DNA of 64,000 nucleotides. It comes from Haplodiscus bocki. Lineage: Eukaryota. The translations under genes and the position numbers were made by a program. Shown one piece after another: positions 1 through 15,300 of the stretch. Position 1 is the first letter of the stretch. Each line of letters starts with the position of its first letter. Under the pieces are notes generated by a model. That model did not search any database and was not told the DNA's origin. It worked only from the letters and a program-made list of their open reading frames with translations. The stretch lies in the NCBI GenBank assembly GCA_965655095.1, contig OZ296648.1, positions 110,236,001 through 110,300,000 on the forward strand, in the 5' to 3' direction.

Positions 1-3000
1 TCAACAAAGCGCCGAAACAAAAGAACGGAAACGCCTAGCGAAGTACAACAAGCGATCGGAAAAATAGTATCGAATGAAAGTGTGGGCAAAGTCTCCAATG
101 AGAGTGTTAAATTTGATCCCGGATTTGTGTCTTGTCAAAAGAGCTTTGTTCTGTTTTGCCAATATTAACAACCTGTCTTGTGTTACGCTGCTTGAATCCT
201 TCCACAATCTAATTCAGAACACAAGCTCAAGTGATGGAAAGATACATATTGGCAAACTTTGCCAGCTGAAAAAAATGTTTGTTGAGCTAGTATCGGAAAA
301 ATTGACGGTGAATTAATTCATTTATCGCCTTACCCAGAAGGAACCCGTTTGCGAAAACTTAAAACGCTACGGGTCAAGAGACACCAACAAGGGCTGAAAG
401 AAAGCGTTAACAATGTTCCAGTCCCACTGGACAATGTTACTATTGTGCTGCAATCTGTTGATGCCCTTAAATTAGTGAGTTGAAGTAAAAAAGCAAGCTA
501 CAATTCAAAACTGATGATTCACATGGTCTGGCGAGAGTCGACAAAATAGATCAAGCGCTGCGGAAACTTATGCAAATCAACAGTCTGTATAAAGGAACTT
601 TATTGTCCTTGCCGAACGCATTCACGGAGACTTTTCTTGTCCTAGCCGAAAACAGAAAAATGAGGGCTGTTCTTGACAAGCAAATTGCTGTTGACGGATG
701 CAACTTGAAGCTTCGATGAAAACGCCGATATTCTATCGATATGTCCCTGTCGACGGTCAGAAAACGAAACCATTGAACGAGTGGATGGTTCAGTGCAAAC
801 GCATCCATCAGCAAAATTCATTGGCATTCGAAATGCTTACTGCCGTTACAGTCTGCATTGTTTTCATATTTAACTTTATTTTCTAAGAACCACATGTCCA
901 GAAAAGAAAAAAGGAATAACCACATCTTTGCTAGTCGCAATCCATCGGCTCAAAAGCAGCGCAAATACTGGCTAATAAACACCTAAAAAATCACAGGATT
1001 TTTGGTTCAAAGCATCTGTTCCAGGTACTCCTGCATACTGGAAAACTTTTTCGTACGAGTTGCTGGCTCGCCTCGAGCAACAGATTCCCCAGTTTTGGCA
1101 AACGTTTTCTTGTGCTCATTTGGAATGAACGGATTTTTGAAAATACTAATCAGCAGAAAAAAGTGCAGGGGGCGAAATCCGAAAATGTCCGGTGAAGAGA
1201 AATGCAAGACTTTGAACGGCAATCACGATATGGATGCTAGAGTCTTCCAACACCAGCTGGAGAAGTATTTTGAGATTATTTTGAAGTCACTGCAGAATAT
1301 AATCGAAGGAAGACTGAAATTTTATGGTATCAAAATTGAGTTTTACATCCGTGGCTCGCCACATGCTCACATGTCGTTATGGGCGGAGCCAGATTTGAAA
1401 TTAACGAAACAGAACAATGGAACTGTGTAAAGTATATCGACACCGTGGTGTTAGCTGAGATTGCTAATGGCCAATAAATTGCTGCTCTCATCAGACGTTA
1501 TTACCAACATGCCAGAAACATTATACGTTTTGTCAATTCATTTTTCCTAATGTTCCTACAGATAAACCAATCAAGGCCTGTCGTACATCACCTGTTGCAG
1601 TAATGAATAGTGAGGCAGTAATGAAAAAAGTTGCTTCGAAAACCAGAAAGCATCTTACGTAAAGCTTCAACCAAATCTCTGTTAATCAATGAAGCTGATC
1701 CAACAGTTCACGATTATCGTCTTCGAAAAAGAATTTCTTATCAGTACTATCGGGTTCTCTCAATTACGCAAGAAGCGTATTTTATGACAAATTCAAACCC
1801 AACGTGAACTCAGTCAGTGTCAATTCCTGTAACACTGTGCTTGCGAAAGATTTCGGATCTAGCATGGTTTTGTCACCCGTTTTCAACACCAATACACACG
1901 TTTATAATTGCGTTCTTACATTAGCAAAGAAGAAACAGCTGTGCCTCCAGCAATGAAAACTCCTGTATAAGAATTGAGAAAAGGTGATTGGGCTTATAAT
2001 AAATCAATGGGAGTCACTGACATTAGATTTTCTTAATTCCAGAGAGGTATCATTACAGTAACCTATTTACAGACAGGCTCGACAAATCCTTCCAATGGTT
2101 GATTTTGTGAACACAAACCAAAAATTTGGTCGCAATGGAAAACTGAAATCGGAAAGCCATTTTCAAACACTAGACCCCAAATCGGACGACATGTTCTTGA
2201 GAAATGGTCAATAAAGTACTATGACCTACCAGTAAAATAATTCGACAGTTCTAAATACTGTGCGAAGATCAACACAGATTGTGCCAACATAAATGCATAT
2301 AAACACTAGTGAATAAAGCGAATTAGTACTACTGATTGAAAATGTTAATTTCATGTAAACTCGAACGAGTTTAGAATTCAGAAAAAGATACTACATTTGC
2401 AGAATACAATACCTCAGTTGATACAGCATGCGACTGCGGCGCGAAAGGTCCCAGGTTCAAGCCCCGAAAATATCATTTTTTTTTCAGATTTTCGAGAAAC
2501 ACAGGGCTTCGCAATTACTACTGTGAAAGCAAGTCCATTGAAATGTACCACTGTGAGCGAACATGCAAATTTAAACTAATTATTCCGAGTTTTTGTCGAC
2601 CAAAAAAGGAACGTCAATAGTGATAACGTGGCGTTGCCAGCTTAAATATCAATTGTTAAGTTCCTTTTTTCTGCAGCAGATCGTCACGTGGATTTGCTAA
2701 GAGCGAAAAAAGTCGAAAGAAGTGTCCTTATGAAAGCTTAATGCCTTAATAACCCCTTAGGACTGCGTTGATGATTGCCAACCTGTGATGGTTGGAGACG
2801 AGAATTTACAAAGATTTGATAAAATTCAAGCAACTTCTTTTGATACAGAAGAGGGAGAATTATGTTTCCCTCAAAACATCGGATGTCGTACGATTTCATA
2901 AATTTAAATTTCCAGATGACATTTAGGAGCATTATCACTTCATTATCCTGTACATTCCTTGGCGTGGACAAAACGAAGTGTTTGTCAAAAGAGCCAGATG

Positions 3001-3100
3001 CTTCCAAATTCAAAGCTCACAGCGTTCGCGAAATACTTCAAAAAACGTCACAAGGTTTGAAAAAAACGAGAAAGTTGGGACGATGCTGCGGATTATGAGC
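1..3100 (+). mobile_element. Decayed Helitron (DUF6570 + Helitron_like_N/HUH Rep region), many stops and frameshifts
   Basis: Manual + strand translation gives Helitron motifs in the expected order: QQGLKESVNNVPV (~385-425) and ARVDKIDQALRKLMQINSLYK (~531-593), both DUF6570-like; SVPGTPAYWKTFSYELLARLEQQIPQFWQTFSCA (~1015-1115); HUH motif KIEFYIRGSPHAHMSLW (ORF 1002..1430); RSYISKEE (~1911-1935); FLNSREVSLQ (~2029-2058); VVRFHKF...HYHFIILYIPWR (~2885-2965). No helicase motifs were seen. Confidence 0.85.
2409..2466 (+). repeat. tRNA-derived (SINE-like) head inside a non-coding segment interrupting the Helitron
   Basis: Degenerate A box (tacctcagttgatacagc) and B box (ggttcaagcccc) at tRNA spacing. 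The anticodon stem does not pair. Clearly related to 47503-47573. Confidence 0.55.
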
Positions 3101-3362
3101 ATTTGTTCACAGCAAAATTTTATAGCAAAATCCATGCATCAGATGAAGCAGAATTGCGGGGAAAAAACTTGAACGATCAAAAAAAGTCTGATGGAATAAT
3201 TGCAACAACCTAAAAATTCGAATAAAAACTATCACAAATAGAACGTTTAGTCCGGACTTTTAGGGCAAATAACCCATAGACTTTCGTTAATGAGCGGCTG
3301 CGAAACGTTAGTAAAGGTGTCATGGGTGAAGAAGCGAGGGTAATAAGAAAATCCAATCTAAT

Positions 3363-6300
3363 TCAACCAAAAGAGTATTCTCTTCTGGAAGCGATTTTTG
3401 AGAAATTTTTTCCCGGAACTGATTTAGACGTTATTCCCTGGTCCTCATAATATCTAAGATATCTAGAATGCCAAGGAAGTAGGGGGCCCTGCAAGTATCG
3501 GCTGTTTATCAGAGTCCTGACCCACCACATTCCTACTTTGGAAATAGTGGCAGCACTGCCACCGCGTATTGGTGTTTGATCCATGATATTACTCGAGCTC
3601 AGCCCATGTATATCATGTAACATGTAATGATGTACCTAGCAAGGTTTGAAACTTGAAAATAATGATAGGTTGTCCTGAAAAACGAAAAGGCAACTCTCGG
3701 TTCAATGCCATCAAATTCCTCAGTAGCAAGTAGGTTGATGTACGACGAAGAAACGAAAAGGCAGACGAATAAGATCGTACGAGAGAGGAAACAAGATACA
3801 AAACATGGCTCGCCAAGGCTGTCATGTCCGAGGAAAAGCAAATCGCATGCAGGAGGGGTGTTATCTTAACAAGCCCCATACGGGCCGGTCGATCCGGGTC
3901 ACCCATCAGATAAAAAACATGTAATGCTAACCATGTAAAAAATTGAGCACCCTTCCAAATTAAGAACAGTGGGAATTGAATGTAAACAGGGGTGCTTCTA
4001 GGCTAGATCACGTACGCCTCAGGGATGCACGAGAACATTTGAGAAAATATTGGTGACTACTTTCCCGCTGATTTTATTTCCCGGAGTTGCTTGGAATTCA
4101 AAAAAACTGGTCGGCACCTCAATTCTACAAAAAGCCCGACAATTACAGTACTTAGTTCTATTCCTTTTTAGGACTGAACTACTCCACGTCTATACTACAA
4201 GTTTTTCTTTGCACCACGCAAACACCGCGTCGTTGGCACACTTGGTGAGGCTGAGTGGCAGTGAAACAATTCTCTTGATAACTTTTCTTACTTTCTATTT
4301 CCTTTTTCGCTTCGCCCACTCTTCGCTCATCCTTCGATGATCCCAATTACAGGAAACAGGTACAAGTAACTGACCCAAAATTTCATTTAAAGGTTGTCAA
4401 TTCGCCTACTGTTTTCCATTCCAAAGCTTCTAAGATTTTCAATATCGAAAACGCTCCAGAAAATCCTACGCTTTAAATGCTCGATGCATCAAGACTTTTT
4501 TCTGAATGCGTTCAAGATTAACTTTTTCCCAAATTGATGTGGCAATTTGAACAATTCCATTTTTTTCACAAATGTAAAATCGTAGATGTTAATGCCTACT
4601 TCAGGAACTTTTACAAAAGTTCCCGTTACACCATTTTCACGGTATGTAGCGTACACTAGCGAAAAAAACCAGAGCTGCAAAGACTTTTTCTCAAAAATAT
4701 GCACTTTCACAAGAATGAAAGCAGTTTATCTTCATCAATAAAAACTTTCCAATACCGATTCTTGCACATCCCGTCATTTGCCTCTTGAGGCTTCATCAAA
4801 TTCAAGCGTTTGGAAGTGCATCAGAAAAGACCAGTGTCGTAATGCATTTATTACAGGAAAACTAAATTCAAATAGCGCAATTCACAGCCAAAATTGTCCT
4901 GACCATGTTGTTTCTGTGGTAGTGCATTTATTATTGACAAGAACAGATTCGCAAGGATTTGAAAATGGCAGTTTACTCAGAAGTTGAAAATCACAAGTCA
5001 TTCAGCATGTTTTCAATGCTACGCATCTAATGTTCACTCCACATCTGGCACCTCTGTTTTCACAGGCCATATGTGGACTGTACCACTGGTGTACAACAGG
5101 GAAATCAAACTGATTGGTGCGTCGTTTACAACTTCTGACAGATCTGCCACTTTCAAGTCCCCACGAATCGATGCAAGTCAGTGACAAAAGCACCACAACC
5201 GTAGATATCTGCTGCGGGTGAAATTGGCCAACCATGGCAATTTTTCCATTGGCGTAATCGAAGTTTAGCACAACTTACATGCGAAAAACGGAACAGTCGT
5301 AACATGTTTCAATTGGCAATGCTGCTACGAAGATCTTTATAATTTACGAATTCAAACGTCTATCTTCCTTCTAGCCTTTATCTTTAAAACAACTTTGCAT
5401 TGTTTCAACCTGTAATTGTACCAAATGTTTTTACTAATCGTTTCAATTTTTCTAGTTCTGTCTCACGTTCGAAGAATTGAATTGTCGTCAGGAAAATGAA
5501 TCCACTTTTCAGATAGACTTCTGATCTCATCAAAAAGAACCACGAACTAACTACGCAAAATCGAGTTGAGAGCAGGATTTCTAATAGTGTCATTGAATGA
5601 AACGCGAAATACGAATCCAAGATCCGACATACCCATTGGCTGGTTTTTCTTGATGGTAGGCATGTGAACATTCCGACGACCTACCACCATAAAGATGGGA
5701 ATCTCTACACCAGATCACACATCAAGGTACGTAATTTCAGGCTGGATGTTAAATGGAAATGTAGACTGGGGTCGGAAAGTTTTCAACTACTCATCGTCTA
5801 TACTACAATTTTTTTCTTTTCACCACGCAAACACTGCGTCGTGGGAACACTTGGTGAGGCTGAGTGGCAGTTAAACAATTCTCTTGATAACTTTTCTTAC
5901 TTTCTTTTTCCTTTTTCGCTTCGCCCACTCTTCGCTCATCCTTCGACGATCCCAATTACAGGAAACAGGTACAAGTAACTGACCCAAAATTTCATTTGTA
6001 GGCTGTCAATTCGCCTACTGTTTTCCATTCCAAAGCTTCTAAGATTTTCAAAATCGAAAACGCTCCAGAAAACCTTACGCTTTAACTGCTCGATGCATTA
6101 AGACTTTTTTTCTGAATGCGTTCAAGATTTTCCCAAATTGATGTGGCAATTTGAACAATTCCATTTTTTTCACAAATGTAAAATCGTAGATGTTAATGCC
6201 TACTTCAGGAACTTTTACAAAAGTTCCCGTTACACCATTTTCACGGTATGTAGCGTACACTAGCGAAAAAAACCAGAGCTGCAAAGACTTTTTCTCAAAA

Positions 6301-9300
6301 ATATGCACTTTCACAAGAATGAAGGCAGTTTATCTTCATCAATAAAAACTTTCCAATACCGATTCTTGCACATCCCGTCATTTGCCTCTTGAGGCTTCAT
6401 CAAATTCAAGCGTTTGGAAGTGCATCAGAAAAGACCAGTGTCGTAATGCATTTATTACAGGAAAACTAAATTCAAATAGCGCAATTCACAGCCAAAATTG
6501 TCCTGACCATGTTGTTTCTGTGGTAGTGCATTTATTATTGACAAGAACAGATTCGCAAGGATTTGAAAATGGCAGTTTACTCAGAAGTTGAAAATCACAA
6601 GTCATTCAGCATGTTTTCAATGCTACGCATCTAATGTTCACTCCACATCTGGCACCTCTGTTTTCACAGGCATATGTGGACTGTACCACTGGTGTACAAC
6701 AGGGAAATCAAACTGATTGGTGCGTCGTTTACAACTTCTGACAGATCTGCCACTTTCAAGTCCCCACGAATCGATGCAAGTCAGTGACAAAAGCACCACA
6801 ACCGTAGATATCTGCTGCGGGTGAAATTGGCCAACCATGGCAATTTTTCCATTGGCGTAATCGAAGTTTAGCACAACTTACATGCGAAAAACGGAACAGT
6901 CGTAACATGTTTCAATTGGCAATGCTGCTACGAAGATCTTTATAATTTACGAATTCAAACGTCTATCTTCCTTCTAGCCTTTATCTTTAAAACAACTTTG
7001 CATTGTTTCAACCTGTAATTGTACCAAATGTTTTTACTAATCGTTTCAATTTTTCTAGTTCTGTCTCACGTTCGAAGAATTGAATTGTCGTCAGGAAAAT
7101 GAATCCACTTTTCAGATAGACTTCTGATCTCATCAAAAAGAACCACGAACTAACTACGCAAAATCGAGTTGAGAGCAGGATTTCTAATAGTGTCATTGAA
7201 TGAAACGCGAAATACGAATCCAAGATCCGACATACCCATTGGCTGGTTTTTCTTGATGGTAGGCATGTGAACATTCCGACGACCTACCACCATAAAGATG
7301 GGAATCTCTACACCAGATCACACATCAAGGTACGTAATTTCAGGCTGGATGTTAAATGGAAATGTAGACTGGGGTCGGAAAGTTTTCAACTACTCATCGT
7401 CTATACTACAATTTTTTTCTTTTCACCACGCAAACACTGCGTCGTGGGAACACTTGGTGAGGCTGAGTGGCAGTTAAACAATTCTCTTGATAACTTTTCT
7501 TACTTTCTTTTTCCTTTTTCGCTTCGCCCACTCTTCGCTCATCCTTCGACGATCCCAATTACAGGAAACAGGTACAAGTAACTGACCCAAAATTTCATTT
7601 GTAGGCTGTCAATTCGCCTACTGTTTTCCATTCCAAAGCTTCTAAGATTTTCAAAATCGAAAACGCTCCAGAAAACCTTACGCTTTAACTGCTCGATGCA
7701 TTAAGACTTTTTTTCTGAATGCGTTCAAGATTTTCCCAAATTGATGTGGCAATTTGAACAATTCCATTTTTTTCACAAATGTAAAATCGTAGATGTTAAT
7801 GCCTACTTCAGGAACTTTTACAAAAGTTCCCGTTACACCATTTTCACGGTATGTAGCGTACACTAGCGAAAAAAACCAGAGCTGCAAAGACTTTTTCTCA
7901 AAAATATGCACTTTCACAAGAATGAAAGCAGTTTATCTTCATCAATAAAAACTTTCCAATACCGATTCTTGCACATCCCGTCATTTGCCTCTTGAGGCTT
8001 CATCAAATTCAAGCGTTTGGAAGTGCATCAGAAAAGACCAGTGTCGTAATGCATTTATTACAGGAAAACTAAATTCAAATAGCGCAATTCACAGCCAAAT
8101 TTGTCCTGACCGTGTTGTTTCTGTGGTAGTGCATTTATTATTGACAAGAACAGATTCGCAAGGATTTGAAAATGGCAGTTTACTCAGAAGTTGAAAATCA
8201 CAAGTCATTCAGCATGTTTTCAATGCTACGCATCTAATGTTCACTCCACATCTGGCACCTCTGTTTTCACAGGCCATATGTGGACTGTACCACTGGTGTA
8301 CAACAGGGAAATCAAACTGATTGGTGCGTCGTTTACAACTTCTGACAGATCTGCCACTTTCAAGTCCCCACGAATCGATGCAAGTCAGTGACAAAAGCAC
8401 CACAACCGTAGATATCTGCTGCGGGTGAAATTGGCCAACCATGGCAATTTTTCCATTGGCGTAATCGAAGTTTAGCACAACTTACATGCGAAAAACGGAA
8501 CAGTCGTAACATGTTTCAATTGGCAATGCTGCTACGAAGATCTTTATAATTTACGAATTCAAACGTCTATCTTCCTTCTAGCCTTTATCTTTAAAACAAC
8601 TTTGCATTGTTTCAACCTGTAATTGTACCAAATGTTTTTACTAATCGTTTCAATTTTTCTAGTTCTGTCTCACGTTCGAAGAACTGAATTGTCGTCAGGA
8701 AAATGAATCCACTTTTCAGATAGACTTCTGATCTCATCAAAAAGAACCACGAACTAACTACGCAAAATCGAGTTGAGAGCAGGATTTCTAATAGTGTCAT
8801 TGAATGAAACGCGAAATACGAATCCAAGATCCGACATACCCATTGGCTGGTTTTTCTTGATGGTAGGCATGTGAACATTCCGACGACCTACCACCATAAA
8901 GATGGGAATGTCTACACCAGATCACAGATCAAGGTACGTAAATTCAGGCTGGATGTTAAATGGAATTGTAGACTGGAGGCGGAAAGTTTTCAACTACTCA
9001 TCGTCTATACTACAATTTTTTCTTTCCACCACGCAAACACCGCGTCGTTGGCACACTTGGTGAGGCTGAGTGGCAGTGAAACAATTCTCTTGATAACTTT
9101 TCTTCCTTTCTTTTTCCTTTTTCGCTTCGCCCACTCTTCGCTCATCCTTCGACGATCCCAATTACAGGAAACAGGTACAAGTAACTGACCCAAAATTTCA
9201 TTTGTAGGTTGTCAATCGCCTACTGTTTTCCATTCCAAAGCTTCTAAGATTTTCAAATTCGAAAACGCTCCAGAAAATCTTACGCTTTAACTGCTCGATG

Positions 9301-12300
9301 CATTAAGACTTTTTTTCTGAATGCGTTCAAGATTTTCCCAAATTGATGTGGCAATTTGAACAATTCCATTTTTTTCACAAATGTAAAATCGTAGATGTTA
9401 ATGCCTACTTCAGGAACTTTTACAAAAGTTCCCGTTACACCATTTTCACGGTATGTAGCGTACACTAGCGAAAAAAACCAGAGCTGCAAAGACTTTTTCT
9501 CAAAAATATGCACTTTCACAAGAATGAAAGCAGTTTATCTTCATCAATAAAAACTTTCCAATACCGATTCTTGCACATCCCGTCATTTGCCTCTTGAGGC
9601 TTCATCAAATTCAAGCGTTTGGAAGTGCATCAGAAAAGACCAGTGTCGTAATGCATTTATTACAGGAAAACTAAATTCAAATAGCGCAATTCACAGCCAA
9701 ATTTGTCCTGACCGTGTTGTTTCTGTGGTAGTGCATTTATTATTGACAAGAACAGATTCGCAAGGATTTGAAAATGGCAGTTTACTCAGAAGTTGAAAAT
9801 CACAAGTCATTCAGCATGTTTTCAATGCTACGCATCTAATGTTCACTCCACATCTGGCACCTCTGTTTTCACAGGCCATATGTGGACTGTACCACTGGTG
9901 TACAACAGGGAAATCAAACTGATTGGTGCGTCGTTTACAACTTCTGACAGATCTGCCACTTTCAAGTCCCCACGAATCGATGCAAGTCAGTGACAAAAGC
10001 ACCACAACCGTAGATATCTGCTGCGGGTGAAATTGGCCAACCATGGCAATTTTTCCATTGGCGTAATCGAAGTTTAGCACAACTTACATGCGAAAAACGG
10101 AACAGTCGTAACATGTTTCAATTGGCAATGCTGCTACGAAGATCTTTATAATTTACGAATTCAAACGTCTATCTTCCTTCTAGCCTTTATCTTTAAAACA
10201 ACTTTGCATTGTTTCAACCTGTAATTGTACCAAATGTTTTTACTAATCGTTTCAATTTTTCTAGTTCTGTCTCACGTTCGAAGAACTGAATTGTCGTCAG
10301 GAAAATGAATCCACTTTTCAGATAGACTTCTGATCTCATCAAAAAGAACCACGAACTAACTACGCAAAATCGAGTTGAGAGCAGGATTTCTAATAGTGTC
10401 ATTGAATGAAACGCGAAATACGAATCCAAGATCCGACATACCCATTGGCTGGTTTTTCTTGATGGTAGGCATGTGAACATTCCGACGACCTACCACCATA
10501 AAGATGGGAATCTCTACACCAGATCACACATCAAGGTACGTAATTTCAGGCTGCATGTTAAATGGAAATGTAGACTGGGGTCGGAAAGTTTTCAACTACT
10601 CATCGTCTATACTACAATTTTTTCTTTGCACCACGCAAACACCGCGTCGTGGGAACACTTGGTGAGGCTGAGTGGCAGTTAAACAATTCTCTTGATAACT
10701 TTTCTTACTTTCTATTTCCTTTTTCGCTTCGCCCACTCTTCGCTCATCCTTCGACGATCCCAATTACAGGAAACAGGTACAAGTAACTGACCCAAAATTT
10801 CATTTGTAGGCTGTCAATTCGCCTACTGTTTTCCATTCCAAAGCTTCTAAGATTTTCAAAATCGAAAACGCTCCAGAAAACCTTACGCTTTAACTGCTCG
10901 ATGCATTAAGACTTTTTTTCTGAATGCGTTCAAGATTTTCCCAAATTGATGTGGCAATTTGAACAATTCCATTTTTTTCACAAATGTAAAATCGTAGATG
11001 TTAATGCCTACTTCAGGAACTTTTACAAAAGTTCCCGTTACACCATTTTCACGGTATGTAGCTTACACTAGCGAAAAAAACCAGAGCTGCAAAGACTTTT
11101 TCTCAAAAATATGCACTTTCACAAGAATGAAAGCAGTTTATCTTCATCAATAAAAACTTTCCAATACCGATTCTTGCACATCCCGTCATTTGCCTCTTTA
11201 GGCTTCATCAAATTCAAGCGTTTGGAAGTGCATCAGAAAAGACCAGTGTCGTAATGCATTTATTACAGGAAAACTAAATTCAAATAGCGCAATTCACAGC
11301 CAAAATTGTCCTGACCGTGTTGTTTCTGTGGTAGTGCATTTATTATTGACAAGAACAGATTCGCAAGGATTTGAAAATGGCAGTTTACTCAGAAGTTGAA
11401 AATCACAAGTCATTCAGCATGTTTTCAATGCTACGCATCTAATGTTCACTCCACATCTGGCACCTCTGTTTTCACAGGCCATATGTGGACTGTACCACTG
11501 GTGTACAACAGGGAAATCAAACTGATTGGTGCGTCGTTTACAACTTCTGACAGATCTGCCACTTTCAAGTCCCCACGAATCGATGCAAGTCAGTGACAAA
11601 AGCACCACAACCGTAGATATCTGCTGCGGGTGAAATTGGCCAACCATGGCAATTTTTCCATTGGCGTAATCGAAGTTTAGCACAACTTACATGCTAAAAA
11701 CGGAACAGTCGTAACATGTTTCAATTGGCAATGCTGCTACGAAGATCTTTATAATTTACGAATTCAAACGTCTATCTTCCTTCTAGCCTTTATCTTTAAA
11801 ACAACTTTGCATTGTTTCAACCTGTAATTGTACCAAATGTTTTTACTAATCGTTTCAATTTTTCTAGTTCTGTCTCACGTTCGAAGAACTGAATTGTCGT
11901 CAGGAAAATGAATCCACTTTTCAGATAGACTTCTGATCTCATCAAAAAGAACCACGAACTAACTACGCAAAATCGAGTTGAGAGCAGGATTTCTAATAGT
12001 GTCATTGAATGAAACGCGAAATACGAATCCAAGATCCGACATACCCATTGGCTGGTTTTTCTTGATGGTAGGCATGTGAACATTCCGACGACCTACCACC
12101 ATAAAGATGGGAATCTCTACACCAGATCACACATCAAGGTACGTAATTTCAGGCTGGATGTTAAAAGGAAATGTAGACTGGGGTCGGAAAGTTTTCAACT
12201 ACTCATCGTCTATACTACAATTTTTTCTTTGCACCACGCAAACACCGCGTCGTGGGAACACTTGGTGAGGCTGAGTGGCAGTTAAACAATTCTCTTGATA

Positions 12301-15300
12301 ACTTTTCTTACTTTCTATTTCCTTTTTCGCTTCGCCCACTCTTCGCTCATCCTTCGACGATCCCAATTACAGGAAACAGGTACAAGTAACTGACCCAAAA
12401 TTTCATTTGTAGGCTGTCAATTCGCCTACTGTTTTCCATTCCAAAGCTTCTAAGATTTTCAAAATCGAAAACGCTCCAGAAAACCTTACGCTTTAACTGC
12501 TCGATGCATTAAGACTTTTTTTCTGAATGCGTTCAAGATTTTCCCAAATTGATGTGGCAATTTGAACAATTCCATTTTTTTCACAAATGTAAAATCGTAG
12601 ATGTTAATGCCTACTTCAGGAACTTTTACAAAAGTTCCCGTTACACCATTTTCACGGTATGTAGCTTACACTAGCGAAAAAAACCAGAGCTGCAAAGACT
12701 TTTTCTCAAAAATATGCACTTTCACAAGAATGAAAGCAGTTTATCTTCATCAATAAAAACTTTCCAATACCGATTCTTGCACATCCCGTCATTTGCCTCT
12801 TTAGGCTTCATCAAATTCAAGCGTTTGGAAGTGCATCAGAAAAGACCAGTGTCGTAATGCATTTATTACAGGAAAACTAAATTCAAATAGCGCAATTCAC
12901 AGCCAAAATTGTCCTGACCGTGTTGTTTCTGTGGTAGTGCATTTATTATTGACAAGAACAGATTCGCAAGGATTTGAAAATGGCAGTTTACTCAGAAGTT
13001 GAAAATCACAAGTCATTCAGCATGTTTTCAATGCTACGCATCTAATGTTCACTCCACATCTGGCACCTCTGTTTTCACAGGCCATATGTGGACTGTACCA
13101 CTGGTGTACAACAGGGAAATCAAACTGATTGGTGCGTCGTTTACAACTTCTGACAGATCTGCCACTTTCAAGTCCCCACGAATCGATGCAAGTCAGTGAC
13201 AAAAGCACCACAACCGTAGATATCTGCTGCGGGTGAAATTGGCCAACCATGGCAATTTTTCCATTGGCGTAATCGAAGTTTAGCACAACTTACATGCTAA
13301 AAACGGAACAGTCGTAACATGTTTCAATTGGCAATGCTGCTACGAGGATCTTTATAATTTACGAATTCAAACGTCTATCTTCCTTCTAGCCTTTATCTTT
13401 AAAACAACTTTGCATTGTTTCAACCTGTAATTGTACCAAATGTTTTTACTAATCGTTTCAATTTTTCTAGTTCTGTCTCACGATCGAAGAACTGAATTGT
13501 CGTCAGGAAAATGAATCCACTTTTCAGATAGACTTCTGATCTCATCAAAAAGAACCACGAACTAACTACGCAAAATCGAGTTGAGAGCAGGATCTCTAAT
13601 AGTGTCATTGAATGAAACGCGAAATACGAATCCAAGATCCGACATACCCATTGGCTGGTTTTTCTTGATGGTAGGCATGTGAACATTCCGACGATCTACC
13701 ACCATAAAGATGGGAATCTCTACACCAGATCACACATCAAGGTACGTAATTTCAGGCTGGATGTTAAATGGAATTGTAGACTGGAGGCGGAAAGTTTTCA
13801 ACTACTCATCGTCTATACTACAATTTTTTCTTTCCACCACGCAAACACCGCGTCGTTGGCACACTTGGTGAGGCTGAGTGGCAGTGAAACAATTCTCTTG
13901 ATAACTTTTCTTCCTTTCTTTTTCCTTTTTCGCTTCGCCCACTCTTCGCTCATCCTTCGACGATCCCAATTACAGGAAACAGGTACAAGTAACTGACCCA
14001 AAATTTCATTTGTAGGTTGTCAATCGCCTACTGTTTTCCATTCCAAAGCTTCTAAGATTTTCAAAATCGAAAACGCTCCAGAAAATCTTACGCTTTAACT
14101 GCTCGATGCATTAAGACTTTTTTTCTGAATGCGTTCAAGATTTTCCCAAATTGATGTGGCAATTTGAACAATTCCATTTTTTTCACAAATGTAAAATCGT
14201 AGATGTTAATGCCTACTTCAGGAACTTTTACAAAAGTTCCCGTTACACCATTTTCACGGTATGTAGCGTACACTAGCGAAAAAAAACCAGAGCTGCAAAG
14301 ACTTTTTCTCAAAAATATGCACTTTCACAAGAATGAAAGCAGTTTATCTTCATCAATAAAAACTTTCAAAAACCGATTCTTGCACATCCCGTCATTTGCC
14401 TCTTGAGGCTTCATCAAATTCAAGCGTTTGGAAGTGCATCAGAAAAGACCAGTGTCGTGATGCATTTATTACAGGAAAACTAAATTCAAATAGCGCAATT
14501 CACAGCCAAAATTGTCCTGACCGTGTTGTTTCTGTGGTAATGCATTTATTATTGACAAGAACAGATTCGCAAGGATTTGAAAACGGCAGTTTACTCAGAA
14601 GTTGAAAATCACAAGTCATTCAGCATGTTTCCAATGCTACGCATCTAATGTTCACTCCACATCTGGCACCTCTGTTTTCACAGGCCATATGTGGACTGTA
14701 CCACTGGTGTACAACAGGGAAATCAAACTGATTGGTGCGTCGTTTATAACTTCTGACAGATCTGCCACTTTCAAGTCCCCACGAATCGATGCAAGTCAGT
14801 GACAAAAGCACCACAACCGTAGATATCTGCTGCGGGTGAAATTGGCCAACCATGGCAATTTTTCCATTGGCGTAATCGAAGTTTAGCACAACTTACATGC
14901 TAAAAACGGAACAGTCGTAACATGTTTCAATTGGCAATGCTGCTACGAGGATCTTTATAATTTACGAATTCAAACGTCTATCTTCCTTCTAGCCTTTATC
15001 TTTAAAACAACTTTGCATTGTTTCAACCTGTAATTGTACCAAAAGTTTTTACTAATCGTTTCAATTTTTCTAGTTCTGTCTCACGTTCGATGAACTGAAT
15101 TGTCGTCAGGAAAATGAATCCACTTTTCAGATAGACTTCTGATCTCATCAAAAAGAACCACGAACTAACTACGCAAAATCGAGTTGAGAGCAGGATTTCT
15201 AATAGTGTCATTGAATGAAACGCGAAATACGAATCCAAGATCCGACATACCCATTGGCTGGTTTTTCTTGATGGTAGGCATGTGAACATTCCGACGACCT

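Noticed and set aside
2409-2466. Functional tRNA gene (also 47503-47573 and 50105-50180)
   Set aside because: A/B boxes are degenerate and the acceptor and anticodon stems do not pair.
4984-5260. TGA-rich minus frame in the unit as stop-codon recoding (Sec/Trp)
   Set aside because: TAG and TAA stops and frameshifts also occur, and the nearby MCAT-like exons use the standard code. Ordinary decay explains it.
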